Origin: a virus
Direction: 5' to 3' (one strand)
IMG/VR virus record: IMGVR_UViG_3300009164_000039
DNA: 64,000 bases
A program made the position numbers and the translations under genes. How positions within the stretch are numbered: the stretch's first letter is position 1; every line of letters begins with the position of its first letter. The notes below the pieces were generated by a model. That model did no database searches. It was not told the origin of the DNA and was given only the letters and a program-made list of their open reading frames with translations. Below are positions 46,270 to 54,467 of this stretch, piece by piece.

Positions 46270-47394
46270 TTAACGTGTCTCTTTGGCACTTGCCGCCAAG
46301 ATGTACTTGCCAAAACGCTTGTGGAACTCGTCGAAGTTCTTGAGCTTGTTGGGAATCAATGGCAAGTTGTATGTGGTAAGTGCAACACGAGCACCCATAA
46401 CAACCAGCTCAGTTGTAAAGTTATCCATCATGAAACGGATAAAGTTATCGCACATGCCATGGAAACCATCCATCTTGGTCTTGTCATTGCCAGCGGCAGT
46501 GTAGTGATCTTTCAGCTCGTAGCACAGGCTAATTGCCAAGGAGTACTGAGCACTGACCTCTTTGGTTTGCAGTGTAGTGACTTTGCCACTGAGCACTTCT
46601 TCAGGCTTGGGCATCTGTCCTGCAATCTTGCGGTGAGCCATGAACTTGATAGCAACACCTTCACCTACAGTACCTGCAATCAAGTCTACCAACTCTGCGT
46701 CAGGAGTGCCGTCATCCAACAGCTCGCTCACAAAAGTCCAAGAGCGTGGAGTAGCAAAACTGCGACCAGAACTACGTGGCTCAAAGTCAAACAGGTCCTG
46801 CTTGGCAAAGCCCAAGTAACCAACCACGTCCTTGTGCATCTTGTTCTTCACAGCCCAGGTCTCCCAAGACTGATAGTCCACACGCATTTCCAAGTGAACG
46901 AAACGGTTTGCCAACGGTGCTGGCATGCGGTATGTGATACCTTTGTCGCTTTCACGGTTACCAGCCGCAACAATTACCACATTGTCTGGCAAGCGATAGT
47001 TGCCAACACGGCGGTTCAAAATAAGTTGATAACCAGATGCTTGCACAGCCGGAGCCGCGGCATTCATCTCGTCCAAGAACAACACCACGATAGGATACTT
47101 TGCGGCAGTTTCTTCGCTGGGCAAGTCAATCGGAGGTGCCCAGTTCATCACGCCTTTGTCACGATCAAAGTAGGGGATGCCCTTCAGGTCAGTGGGCTCA
47201 AGCAAAGGCATGCGCAAGTCAATCATCAAACCATCCATCTCACTGGTAATGCCAGCAATCAGTTCGGACTTGCCGATCCCAGGAGGGCCCCAAAGGAACA
47301 GCGGACGCTTTTTGTCAAAGCACCGTAGAATGCTTTTACGTGCAGTGGTGCTGGTGACTGTACGATTTTCTGTAAGTTTCTCTTTTGTTGCCAT
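46270..47394 (-). CDS. MoxR-like AAA+ ATPase
   Basis: Walker A 'GPPGIGKS', Walker B 'LFLDEMN', 'AAGN', 'PAPLANRF', 'TPRSW'; adjacent to the VWA gene. Confidence 0.92.
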   Translation of the reverse strand: MATKEKLTENRTVTSTTARKSILRCFDKKRPLFLWGPPGIGKSELIAGITSEMDGLMIDLRMPLLEPTDLKGIPYFDRDKGVMNWAPPIDLPSEETAAKYPIVVLFLDEMNAAAPAVQASGYQLILNRRVGNYRLPDNVVIVAAGNRESDKGITYRMPAPLANRFVHLEMRVDYQSWETWAVKNKMHKDVVGYLGFAKQDLFDFEPRSSGRSFATPRSWTFVSELLDDGTPDAELVDLIAGTVGEGVAIKFMAHRKIAGQMPKPEEVLSGKVTTLQTKEVSAQYSLAISLCYELKDHYTAAGNDKTKMDGFHGMCDNFIRFMMDNFTTELVVMGARVALTTYNLPLIPNKLKNFDEFHKRFGKYILAASAKETR

Positions 47395-47426
47395 TGTGAA
47401 CTCCTAGTTGATGAATTTGTATACGT

Positions 47427-47455
47427 AGTATACGATTAAACTGAATTATTGTCTA
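47427..47455 (-). promoter_or_regulatory. sigma70-type promoter
   Basis: TAGACA-17 nt-TATACT; SD AGGAG before ATG 47394. Confidence 0.75.
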
Positions 47456-47464
47456 TTTGTTTGT

Positions 47465-47482
47465 TGTTGTATTTTCACAACA
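47465..47482. promoter_or_regulatory. Palindromic operator-like site TGTTG-N8-CAACA (copy 1)
   Basis: TGTTGTATTTTCACAACA, 9 nt upstream of the -35 box. Confidence 0.55.
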
Positions 47483-47484
47483 CA

Positions 47485-47733
47485 TCACAAATAGCCCCTG
47501 TAGCCAAAGCGATTGCTAATAGCATACCACTGGAAGAAGATGCTTTCGTATTCTGCCCATGTGCATGAACTCCATTCTTCTTCCTGTTCAAGTTGGTAAG
47601 GTTTAAGTGTGTTACCAAGCAAGGCCAACATGAGCTTTTTGTTGTGCTTAGTAACCTGAGCTCGTGCTGAGCCTTCCTTGGCATACATGCCAATCAACTC
47701 ACCTGAACCTTTTTTGTACACTATAAACTTCAT
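47485..47733 (-). CDS. Hypothetical early protein
   Basis: ATG 47733 (MKFIVYKKG...) 1 nt after the upstream stop. Confidence 0.6.
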   Translation of the reverse strand: MKFIVYKKGSGELIGMYAKEGSARAQVTKHNKKLMLALLGNTLKPYQLEQEEEWSSCTWAEYESIFFQWYAISNRFGYRGYL

Positions 47734-47734
47734 T

Positions 47735-48130
47735 TTACCAACTCGAATTATAAAACACTCGCCAGCCACGGGTTATTTCTGCCCGGGCCTCATTAATGAA
47801 CTTCAGGTCCTCGGCCTGGTAGTGATCGTCGGCGTCATTGCCAAAGAAAAATCCAGACGTGCCGGGTAGTTCCTTATGCTTGACCACGTATTCCAATCTG
47901 TCCAGATCTTCCCAAGTGAGCTCCAGCTCATCGCCATTGAAGCTACCTGAGTGGCCTTTTTCTTCCCACAGCTTGTGCATCCAACCATGCAGGTTAGGAT
48001 GCTTGCGCCAGTAGGCAATCTCACGAGGCTTGGCCACAGGACCAGAGTCCGTTTCGTAGTCATAGCTCTCGTAGTACTCTTTCATCTCATCTTTTTTCTT
48101 TGCCACGTAGGCGTACATATCTAGTCCCAT
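47735..48130 (-). CDS. Conserved phage hypothetical protein (MGLDMY...YWRK.PNLHGW type)
   Basis: 131 aa; the sequence pattern is common among phage early genes. Confidence 0.7.
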   Translation of the reverse strand: MGLDMYAYVAKKKDEMKEYYESYDYETDSGPVAKPREIAYWRKHPNLHGWMHKLWEEKGHSGSFNGDELELTWEDLDRLEYVVKHKELPGTSGFFFGNDADDHYQAEDLKFINEARAEITRGWRVFYNSSW

Positions 48131-48131
48131 A

Positions 48132-48356
48132 TCAACTCCATGCTTTAACTAAACCTGCCACACAAACCAACACACCCACTGAGTTCACGATCAGTTGCGG
48201 GCGATTGGCTACCCTAATGCTCCATGCAAAAAACAGCACACCGCCTGCACAACCCATCACAATGTTCCACGGGTGCAAGTGTGGAAAGAAACTCATTATA
48301 GAGTACATGGTGATGAAACAGGCAGTACCTGTCCATTGTAGCACATTATTAATCAT
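48132..48356 (-). CDS. Small membrane protein
   Basis: ATG 48356 with AGGAG; three hydrophobic segments. Confidence 0.6.
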   Translation of the reverse strand: MINNVLQWTGTACFITMYSIMSFFPHLHPWNIVMGCAGGVLFFAWSIRVANRPQLIVNSVGVLVCVAGLVKAWS

Positions 48357-48561
48357 ACGCAACTCCTGGCATCTTCTTTTTACCTTCCCAATGATCCCTT
48401 GTGACACAAAGGCCCTTGTGCTTGATGCCCAGTGGACTGTCTAGAACTGGTAATTGCACACGAACGCTTTCGCAAGCCTTTTGTGTGGGAAATTGCACAG
48501 TCTCCTTGCCAAGGAAGTCTCCGCCCGGGCTGGTCATAAAAATAATAAGAATCCAGTTCAT
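48349..48561 (-). CDS. Hypothetical protein
   Basis: ATG 48561, ATGA-coupled to the upstream stop. Confidence 0.6.
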   Translation of the reverse strand: MNWILIIFMTSPGGDFLGKETVQFPTQKACESVRVQLPVLDSPLGIKHKGLCVTRDHWEGKKKMPGVAYD

Positions 48562-48842
48562 GCTGTCTCCCAATCTAGAGTTTTTACGCCACACTCGGCC
48601 AGTCTGTCAATGCCCTCATGCGGGCAGTAGATTTCGCTGGCAATAAAACACGCTCTGAATTCTTTGCCATTTTCTGGTTTGGTCCACCAACTCACTGTTT
48701 TACTTGACAGGCGTTGTGCAATCTTTCTGGGTGCGTCCAGTTCAAATATGCATTCAGCAGGGTGCAAGGCCAACACACCTCTCACGTGCTTCTCGTCAAA
48801 GTATGAGTGTGGATCTAGGTATATGGTTGCCATGGTGTTCAC
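48558..48842 (-). CDS. Hypothetical protein
   Basis: GTGA coupling at 48839-48842. Confidence 0.6.
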   Translation of the reverse strand: MNTMATIYLDPHSYFDEKHVRGVLALHPAECIFELDAPRKIAQRLSSKTVSWWTKPENGKEFRACFIASEIYCPHEGIDRLAECGVKTLDWETA

Positions 48843-49087
48843 CCGTATTGTGTAAAGCCAAAGGTTTCAAGATCTTCCCAGGTCAGCTCACGGTTCAGTG
48901 CCAACACTGCATTGAACTTTTGTTCAGCTTCAGGACCTGTGTAGGAACATTCCCAGTCATCGCATCCGGATAGATGACAGCATGGATCGCCATCGTCGTA
49001 GCTGATCAAGCTGAGCTGGATGTATCGATCGTCATTGAGAACGTGCAGGTCCTCGTAGAATCTAATGTAACAACTTTTTTCAATCAT
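48839..49087 (-). CDS. Hypothetical protein
   Basis: 82-aa ORF in the early gene chain. Confidence 0.6.
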   Translation of the reverse strand: MIEKSCYIRFYEDLHVLNDDRYIQLSLISYDDGDPCCHLSGCDDWECSYTGPEAEQKFNAVLALNRELTWEDLETFGFTQYG

Positions 49088-49096
49088 TTTACTGCC

Positions 49097-49234
49097 TTAA
49101 ACGTGCAATGGGTTACGACGGCGCAGATGTGCAAGTGCCAATTCCCGGCTGTCAAAGCGACCCGAGATGGGTGTCTGGTGTGCGCCACGCACAATGTACC
49201 AACCACCTAGTACTGCATTATACACTACTTTCAT
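49097..49234 (-). CDS. 45-aa peptide MKVVYNAVLGGWYIVRGAHQTPISGRFDSRELALAHLRRRNPLHV (not in the ORF track)
   Basis: TAATG coupling at 49232-49236; fills the gap exactly. Confidence 0.6.
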   Translation of the reverse strand: MKVVYNAVLGGWYIVRGAHQTPISGRFDSRELALAHLRRRNPLHV

Positions 49235-49515
49235 TATGCGGCCTCCAACATGTTGGCTGGCACTTTCCACAGGCCTTGCTGAGTTGCCACTGTGACGTAC
49301 TTGATAGCAACCTTGCTCACGGTACCCTGCATTGTGACACCACGTTTCACAGAGTGGAACTTGACCATGTCACCTTTGGTGAATTCACGGATCTTGGTTG
49401 CACGAAGCTGGGCACGAGCATAGTTCACAGCATCGCTGATGCTGGTCAGTTGTTCGTTGGTAAAGTTGCTGAACATGATAGAAGTGTTAACTTCCTGAAT
49501 GGTTGCGTATGACAT
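49234..49515 (-). CDS. Hypothetical early protein (SH3-like C-terminus possible)
   Basis: ATG 49515 with AAGGAG; own promoter. Confidence 0.7.
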   Translation of the reverse strand: MSYATIQEVNTSIMFSNFTNEQLTSISDAVNYARAQLRATKIREFTKGDMVKFHSVKRGVTMQGTVSKVAIKYVTVATQQGLWKVPANMLEAA

Positions 49516-49546
49516 CTCTGGCTCCTTTTTGTTTAACAATACATGT

Positions 49547-49575
49547 ATTATGCATTAAATGGGTTTTTTGGTCAA
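49547..49575 (-). promoter_or_regulatory. sigma70-type promoter
   Basis: TTGACC-17 nt-CATAAT. Confidence 0.7.
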
Positions 49576-49586
49576 CCGTTTTTGTG

Positions 49587-49604
49587 TGTTGCTTTTACGC
49601 AACA
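49587..49604. promoter_or_regulatory. Palindromic operator-like site TGTTG-N8-CAACA (copy 2)
   Basis: TGTTGCTTTTACGCAACA, 11 nt upstream of the -35 box. Confidence 0.55.
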
Positions 49605-49876
49605 TTTTGCTCCAAAAACTTGAACACACGGCGTTGTATTTTTACAACAACAGAATTGCTGTTATTTTGAGCTCTAAAATACTCAATTTTTGCTTGCAGT
49701 AGCTCGTGAGTGGTATCTTGCAAAGACAACTCTGCATAATACATGGCTTTGTTTGAAGCACAGCCCTCAAAATTGTCCGCAACAATGTGTATGGCTACGG
49801 GCGTGTTTGCGTAAGGTGTTACTTTAACACTTACGTTTACAAAAAGGCAATTGCTTGCTTTAGTATTAAATTGCAC
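49595..49876 (-). CDS. Hypothetical early protein
   Basis: GTG 49876 with AAGGAG and a consensus promoter upstream; AT-rich. Confidence 0.6.
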   Translation of the reverse strand: MQFNTKASNCLFVNVSVKVTPYANTPVAIHIVADNFEGCASNKAMYYAELSLQDTTHELLQAKIEYFRAQNNSNSVVVKIQRRVFKFLEQNVA

Positions 49877-49906
49877 GTTGAGCTCCTTTTTTGCTATTGA
49901 GCCTAA

Positions 49907-49935
49907 ATTATAGCAAAACGGGCAGATGCTGTCAA
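49907..49935 (-). promoter_or_regulatory. Perfect-consensus sigma70 promoter
   Basis: TTGACA-17 nt-TATAAT. Confidence 0.85.
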
Positions 49936-49937
49936 CC

Positions 49938-49961
49938 CAAAACCCTGGGCTGTGCAGGGTC
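49938..49961 (-). terminator. Intrinsic terminator
   Basis: GACCCTG-cacagcc-CAGGGT followed by TTT on the - strand, just downstream of the stop at 49972. Confidence 0.6.
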
Positions 49962-49971
49962 TTTATGGCAG

Positions 49972-50394
49972 TTAGAAATCCAACACAATTCGGCCGTTGA
50001 TGATGTTCAGAGCACACTGCAACCGGTCCCGTTTGCCCCAGTGCATGCGACCCAGTTGGTAAACTTCGGTCCTGAAGTTTTTACGTACCTTGGTCTTGTT
50101 GCTGACCACAACCACCTGTCCCCATCTGGCGTCCTGGAATGTGTAGCGACCATCAGGAGTGAGATAACTCCACTTGTTGTGCATCTCTGTGTCGCCACCC
50201 ACTGGATCAAACTTGATGGTTTCTGCAAGGGTGCGGTTGCTCTTGGCTTCCTCGGTTTTCTGGGCTCGATCAATGTGGCCGCCCAGACTCACCAGGTCCC
50301 GGCCACTCAGGCCCATCATCTGGCTCCAGGCAATCAACTGTTCCAGCTGATCGTGCTTGTCTTTGTCAAATCTTTTTAGTCTAGTCAGGTCCAT
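49972..50394 (-). CDS. Hypothetical protein
   Basis: ATG 50394 with GAGG, 1 nt after the upstream stop. Confidence 0.65.
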   Translation of the reverse strand: MDLTRLKRFDKDKHDQLEQLIAWSQMMGLSGRDLVSLGGHIDRAQKTEEAKSNRTLAETIKFDPVGGDTEMHNKWSYLTPDGRYTFQDARWGQVVVVSNKTKVRKNFRTEVYQLGRMHWGKRDRLQCALNIINGRIVLDF

Positions 50395-50395
50395 A

Positions 50396-50818
50396 CTACA
50401 CCTCTTGAAATAATTCCGAAAACATTTTGTTCTGGTATGTGTAGCGATTTCGATAATCGCCAAACAGTTTGGTTTTTTGTTTGTGGCACGTGGCGCATAT
50501 TGCTCTTAGATTGTCTTGATCATTGTTGTCACGATCGCCATCCCAGTGATCAATTTCTAGCAAGGATCTATCAATGTCCGGTGCCGCACATGAAAATCCA
50601 AGATCCAATGCACCATCTCGATTTTCACATCCACCGCGAAGGCACTTGAATATGAGAACTGCTTCCTTGCCCACAGTCCTGTGATGATTACAAAAAGTTT
50701 TCCAATCATACCCTGTGGTACCGTTGAGTTTTTTGTATCTGTGATGATAGCTGACCTGTTGGTTGCAGTCAGGTAACGCACACTGGGGTGCATATAGTTT
50801 ATAGGCGGCTGTTTTCAT
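50396..50818 (-). CDS. HNH endonuclease with Cys-rich N-terminal region
   Basis: 'LEIDHWDGDRDNNDQDNLRAICATCH..KT'. Confidence 0.8.
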   Translation of the reverse strand: MKTAAYKLYAPQCALPDCNQQVSYHHRYKKLNGTTGYDWKTFCNHHRTVGKEAVLIFKCLRGGCENRDGALDLGFSCAAPDIDRSLLEIDHWDGDRDNNDQDNLRAICATCHKQKTKLFGDYRNRYTYQNKMFSELFQEV

Positions 50819-51333
50819 TGTGGTTCCCTGTATTCTTTAATCATTTTGCATAAAGTTTTGTAGTCTTTGACTTTGTAATCCCACCAGTCTGGCAGGTACG
50901 AGTCGCTTCTTCCTTTTCCAACACGCGGTGATCCGTCAGCGTTGAAGGTGAACTTGATACAATGTGCCTTTTGCGCATCAGCCAACGGAATCCAAAAATA
51001 CCATTGTTTGTCAGTTATTGTTTCTGTGACTGTAACTGAAAGTGGTCCTTTAGAACTTGTTGGCGAAAGGCTAGCTCTAATGCCTGTGTGTTTAGGTTCG
51101 GGCCAGGTTTTAACATGCTTGCACTGAACACCGTTTACAAAATCCTTACCAGGAGTGTTTCTTTTACACAAAGCAATACCTGAAGTCTTTGACTTTGCTT
51201 GTTCTGCTACCTCACCAATATGCAATAGCTTCATGTCGTCAAGCAACCGCAATAACTTGCCTACACTCATGCGCTTCTTCAGCATCTCTCGGCCAAATAT
51301 CGCTATTGTGTGATCATTAATTAAAGGCTTCAT
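50815..51333 (-). CDS. Hypothetical protein, possible PD-(D/E)XK-like nuclease
   Basis: ATG 51333 with GGAG. 'GKDFVNGVQCK' resembles a D...QxK core; weak. Confidence 0.5.
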   Translation of the reverse strand: MKPLINDHTIAIFGREMLKKRMSVGKLLRLLDDMKLLHIGEVAEQAKSKTSGIALCKRNTPGKDFVNGVQCKHVKTWPEPKHTGIRASLSPTSSKGPLSVTVTETITDKQWYFWIPLADAQKAHCIKFTFNADGSPRVGKGRSDSYLPDWWDYKVKDYKTLCKMIKEYREPQ

Positions 51334-51334
51334 T

Positions 51335-51886
51335 TCAAACTCCAAAATGTTTGTAGTGTTTATCCAGTGTCCAACCATGCATGTTTGCAATGGTTGGACC
51401 ATTGTATACGGAAAAAGTATTTCCTGTCAAGACATTATAACGATCAAAGAAATGCCAGTAGCTGGGACTTGTGCTCGCATGTCCTGCCCGGCGCAGTACG
51501 TCATCGTTTGCCTTGCTGATCAAACAAGTTGGAGCATTGAGAGCTTGATCGACTGTCAACGCACCAGCCAACATCATATCGCGAATTTTGCTCGCAGGAA
51601 TGATATGTTCGAATATACAGTCACGTGAGTTTACTCCCACTTGAATGTAATGCGATCCTATGCCGCCGCCAATGGTATAACCATGGTAACGACGGATCCA
51701 ATGGTCAATGCTGTCTCGCAGGAGACGCAAGTGTTGCAACCCACCACCGGCCTTGTACATTGTGACCAGGCGATCAAGCTCAGTCACTGTGAGTGCCAGC
51801 GTTTCAGCATAAGCAGATTCATTGCGAGTGACTCGCCCGTAATCAGCTTCGCTAAAATTCTCAACCAATGTTTTTAAGTGTTGCAT
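51335..51886 (-). CDS. Hypothetical protein with His-Me-finger-like 'FEHIIP' motif
   Basis: ATG 51886, 6 nt after TATACT, no SD. 'FEHIIP...LISKAND' resembles degenerate HNH cores. Confidence 0.55.
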   Translation of the reverse strand: MQHLKTLVENFSEADYGRVTRNESAYAETLALTVTELDRLVTMYKAGGGLQHLRLLRDSIDHWIRRYHGYTIGGGIGSHYIQVGVNSRDCIFEHIIPASKIRDMMLAGALTVDQALNAPTCLISKANDDVLRRAGHASTSPSYWHFFDRYNVLTGNTFSVYNGPTIANMHGWTLDKHYKHFGV

Positions 51887-51919
51887 GACCTTAGTATAAC
51901 ACAAAACCTGTCAAGTGGA

Positions 51920-51937
51920 TGTTGTGTTTACGCAACA
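51920..51937. promoter_or_regulatory. Palindromic operator-like site TGTTG-N8-CAACA (copy 3)
   Basis: TGTTGTGTTTACGCAACA upstream of TTGACA (51909-51914) and TATACT (51893-51898). Confidence 0.55.
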
Positions 51938-51938
51938 C

Positions 51939-52334
51939 TTACTCGATTACTTGTGTGCGTCTACTGACTCTGTCGCTGTAGAGCTGGGTGCCACGTTCAC
52001 GTATTAAGTCAGCCGCCGACTGTGGATCATTGGTAAACATGTCCCACATGTCTTGCTCTGTGATGCCCGGTGTGGTCTGGATAGTGTAGACTTCGTAGTG
52101 ACGTTGGCTGTTGGCACGTGCTCGCAGTAGAACATGCTGGACCATTTGATTCAGCATGCTGGCACTTTGATTGCCAGGGTCACGAGCATCTGGATCACTG
52201 AGTATTTGCCACATGCGTTTCTTTTCACCAGCCTCAACCAGCTTTTCTAGGTTGGTGACGTCAATGCAAGATTCCAGGCCAGTCATGTCCCAGCTGAGTA
52301 AGAATGCGTTATGCTTTGATTTGCGCTTTACCAT
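51939..52334 (-). CDS. Hypothetical protein
   Basis: ATG 52334 (MVKRKSKH...). Confidence 0.65.
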   Translation of the reverse strand: MVKRKSKHNAFLLSWDMTGLESCIDVTNLEKLVEAGEKKRMWQILSDPDARDPGNQSASMLNQMVQHVLLRARANSQRHYEVYTIQTTPGITEQDMWDMFTNDPQSAADLIRERGTQLYSDRVSRRTQVIE

Positions 52335-52485
52335 GTTGATGCCTGTATTCACGTTTGAGCCAGTACTTGTAACGATTCCAGTATTCTTGTAACGAGTACG
52401 GTAACTGTCCGTAGTCTTCGTACTCGCGGCAATTCTCTCTCCAGACGTCGTTAAGCCATTTGCGGAAAAGAGTGTGCTTTGACAT
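52309..52485 (-). CDS. 58-aa aromatic-rich peptide (not in the ORF track)
   Basis: MSKHTLFRKWLNDVWRENCREYEDYGQLPYSLQEYWNRYKYWLKREYRHQHGKAQIKA; SD AGGAGA. Confidence 0.65.
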   Translation of the reverse strand: MSKHTLFRKWLNDVWRENCREYEDYGQLPYSLQEYWNRYKYWLKREYRHQHGKAQIKA

Positions 52486-52493
52486 AGTGTCTC

Positions 52494-52985
52494 CTAGACA
52501 ATAGCACGGGTCAGCATGTCAAATGCTTTTTGCTGTGCTTCAAGTTCTTCAGGCGAGAGTGGAACTGCCTTCAGTCCATGCTTGGGTGCATAGCCTTCTT
52601 CGGGCAGTTGTTCGGTCAAAGTAAGCAACAGTCGATATTGTTCCCATGCTGCCTTGACAGCAACAGAATCAGCACCTGACGCCGCAGTTGGAAACAGGTC
52701 CATCCACAAGTAATCACGTGGAACACTCACGCCTGCACCAATGTTGTTGCTACGTGGTTCCAGGATGCGACCGGTATTGAACAATTCAAGTCCCACACGT
52801 TCACATTCGGCTTGATCCAGTCCCTGTAGGTAACCCGGACGGTGTAGGTACTCTGCAATCACTTCCTGAACATGTTCTTCTTTAGGCATGTGAGTACGTG
52901 CAATGATGACCAATACGTCATCAAGTGCAACTTCTCCACGCACAATGCTACCAAGGCAACGGCCAAAACTAAATCCGATTTTCAT
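52494..52985 (-). CDS. Hypothetical early protein
   Basis: 163 aa under a consensus promoter. Confidence 0.75.
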   Translation of the reverse strand: MKIGFSFGRCLGSIVRGEVALDDVLVIIARTHMPKEEHVQEVIAEYLHRPGYLQGLDQAECERVGLELFNTGRILEPRSNNIGAGVSVPRDYLWMDLFPTAASGADSVAVKAAWEQYRLLLTLTEQLPEEGYAPKHGLKAVPLSPEELEAQQKAFDMLTRAIV

Positions 52986-53011
52986 AATAGATCCTTGAGT
53001 GTAATAGTTAA

Positions 53012-53040
53012 ATTATACAGTTAATGCAATTACATGTCAA
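53012..53040 (-). promoter_or_regulatory. Perfect-consensus sigma70 promoter
   Basis: TTGACA-17 nt-TATAAT. Confidence 0.85.
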
Positions 53041-53422
53041 GACTATTTAGGTAAGATTCCAAATTTCCTGCATGCAGTTCCAGCATGATTGCATCCTGCT
53101 CACCAATCAACTTGATGGCATTGCGACTGACTAAGCAATAGGGAGCAGTCATGAGATGATCCAGTTGTAACAACACCAGGTTGGTCATGCGTCGGGTGAC
53201 CTTGATGTTGTAGGCAGTGAGTTTGCAGTGTTTGATTACCCAGGCATAGCCGCCATTGGTCAGTCGCAGACTGTTGGGATTTGTGATGTTGTGCCAGAGA
53301 GAATGCCGGAATGATTCTTCTGAGTGTTCAGTGCCCTTGAAGGTAACAGGAGGTGGCGCAATGCTGGTAAAACGTTTTTGCCACTCCAGTTGGAGACTAG
53401 ACTTTGGGGTAGATTTGGTCAC
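53030..53422 (-). CDS. Hypothetical protein
   Basis: 130-aa ORF. Confidence 0.65.
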   Translation of the reverse strand: MTKSTPKSSLQLEWQKRFTSIAPPPVTFKGTEHSEESFRHSLWHNITNPNSLRLTNGGYAWVIKHCKLTAYNIKVTRRMTNLVLLQLDHLMTAPYCLVSRNAIKLIGEQDAIMLELHAGNLESYLNSLDM

Positions 53423-53690
53423 CTTGTTTAAGGATCACTACTGTGAACTTGTCTGTTTTGAACAAGGTATTGAGTTTCTTGGCAAGGTTGATTGCATGGC
53501 CGGGATTACTGAAGCTTACCTTCTTGTACTTTGGCCCAGGATAGCTGACCAAAATATTATGTGACTTGAGATTGATAGGTTTACTGTCGTAAAACACCGC
53601 CCAGATACCTTCGCTACTTAGAACCTGATCACTCTTGTAGTTGGATTTGTTTACATGCTCTAAGAGCACTGTTGGCTTTGGTCTTGACAT
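53397..53690 (-). CDS. Hypothetical protein (likely late-expressed)
   Basis: 97 aa; AGGA SD; TATAAATA upstream. Confidence 0.7.
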   Translation of the reverse strand: MSRPKPTVLLEHVNKSNYKSDQVLSSEGIWAVFYDSKPINLKSHNILVSYPGPKYKKVSFSNPGHAINLAKKLNTLFKTDKFTVVILKQGDQIYPKV

Positions 53691-53712
53691 ATCATTGTTT
53701 TCCTGGTATGTT

Positions 53713-53720
53713 TATTTATA
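53713..53720 (-). promoter_or_regulatory. T4-consensus late promoter TATAAATA
   Basis: Exact TATAAATA in the intergenic gap. Confidence 0.7.
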
Positions 53721-53737
53721 CCTCAAATAGACGTATA

Positions 53738-53959
53738 TTACTTAAAACCTCCGCCATCCATACTTACTTGTACAGTGGCTTCGGGTTTGCTTTCAAGTGC
53801 TTGGCTGAGAATGGCCACGTGAGCTAGTAATGCATAGATATCGCTTTGTAGTGCTCTAGCACTGTCTGCAGGCAATACTAACTGTGTGGCACGTGTTTGG
53901 CTCATGGTGGCCACACGCTCATTGAACGTGCGGATATGTAGGCCATAATTATTGTCCAT
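53738..53959 (-). CDS. Hypothetical protein
   Basis: 73-aa ORF. Confidence 0.6.
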   Translation of the reverse strand: MDNNYGLHIRTFNERVATMSQTRATQLVLPADSARALQSDIYALLAHVAILSQALESKPEATVQVSMDGGGFK

Positions 53960-54467
53960 TTACAATCCTCAGTTGTTCTGTCATGTGTTCTTTGGTGCAG
54001 AATGGTCCTTGGAATTCATAACGCTGTAGTGTGATTAGTTTTGGACAATAGGCCTTGGCCCAGTTGTTGGCAAATTTTACCAGGTAGTAGCCTGCACAGA
54101 AATAACTTTTGCTTTTGCTTGTTTTGGCATAGATAGGCAATCGTTTGGGCACATCATACAAAGGATTGTATGGTTGGTGACTGCATGGCCAACCATACAC
54201 ATCAAACTCTGCTGGCTTTTCTTTTTTGACCTTGCCTGGCTTTACAAATTCAATGTTGTAGTGATTCTTCAACATCTTGACTGTGGGAAACGTTTCACGC
54301 TTGTTGTTGTGAACATACACAAAGCCGCCTTCTTCCACTGCCAGGATAGTAGCAATTTTGCCGCCTTCATCTTCAACGATCCAGTACTTGTCCTTGACAA
54401 CCGGAGTAGCACGTAGTTCAGTCATGACTTCCAGTATCCTCGCTGATGAATTGATAGTTGAGTTCAT
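53949..54467 (-). CDS. Hypothetical protein
   Basis: ATG 54467 with AAGGA (or 54425). Confidence 0.65.
   Translation of the reverse strand: MNSTINSSARILEVMTELRATPVVKDKYWIVEDEGGKIATILAVEEGGFVYVHNNKRETFPTVKMLKNHYNIEFVKPGKVKKEKPAEFDVYGWPCSHQPYNPLYDVPKRLPIYAKTSKSKSYFCAGYYLVKFANNWAKAYCPKLITLQRYEFQGPFCTKEHMTEQLRIVNGQ

Noticed and set aside
44921-47328. Long + strand ORFs (for example 46321..47328, 335 aa; 45482..46078) opposite the AAA and VWA genes
   Set aside because: Shadow ORFs from codon bias of well-supported - strand genes; no motifs or SDs.
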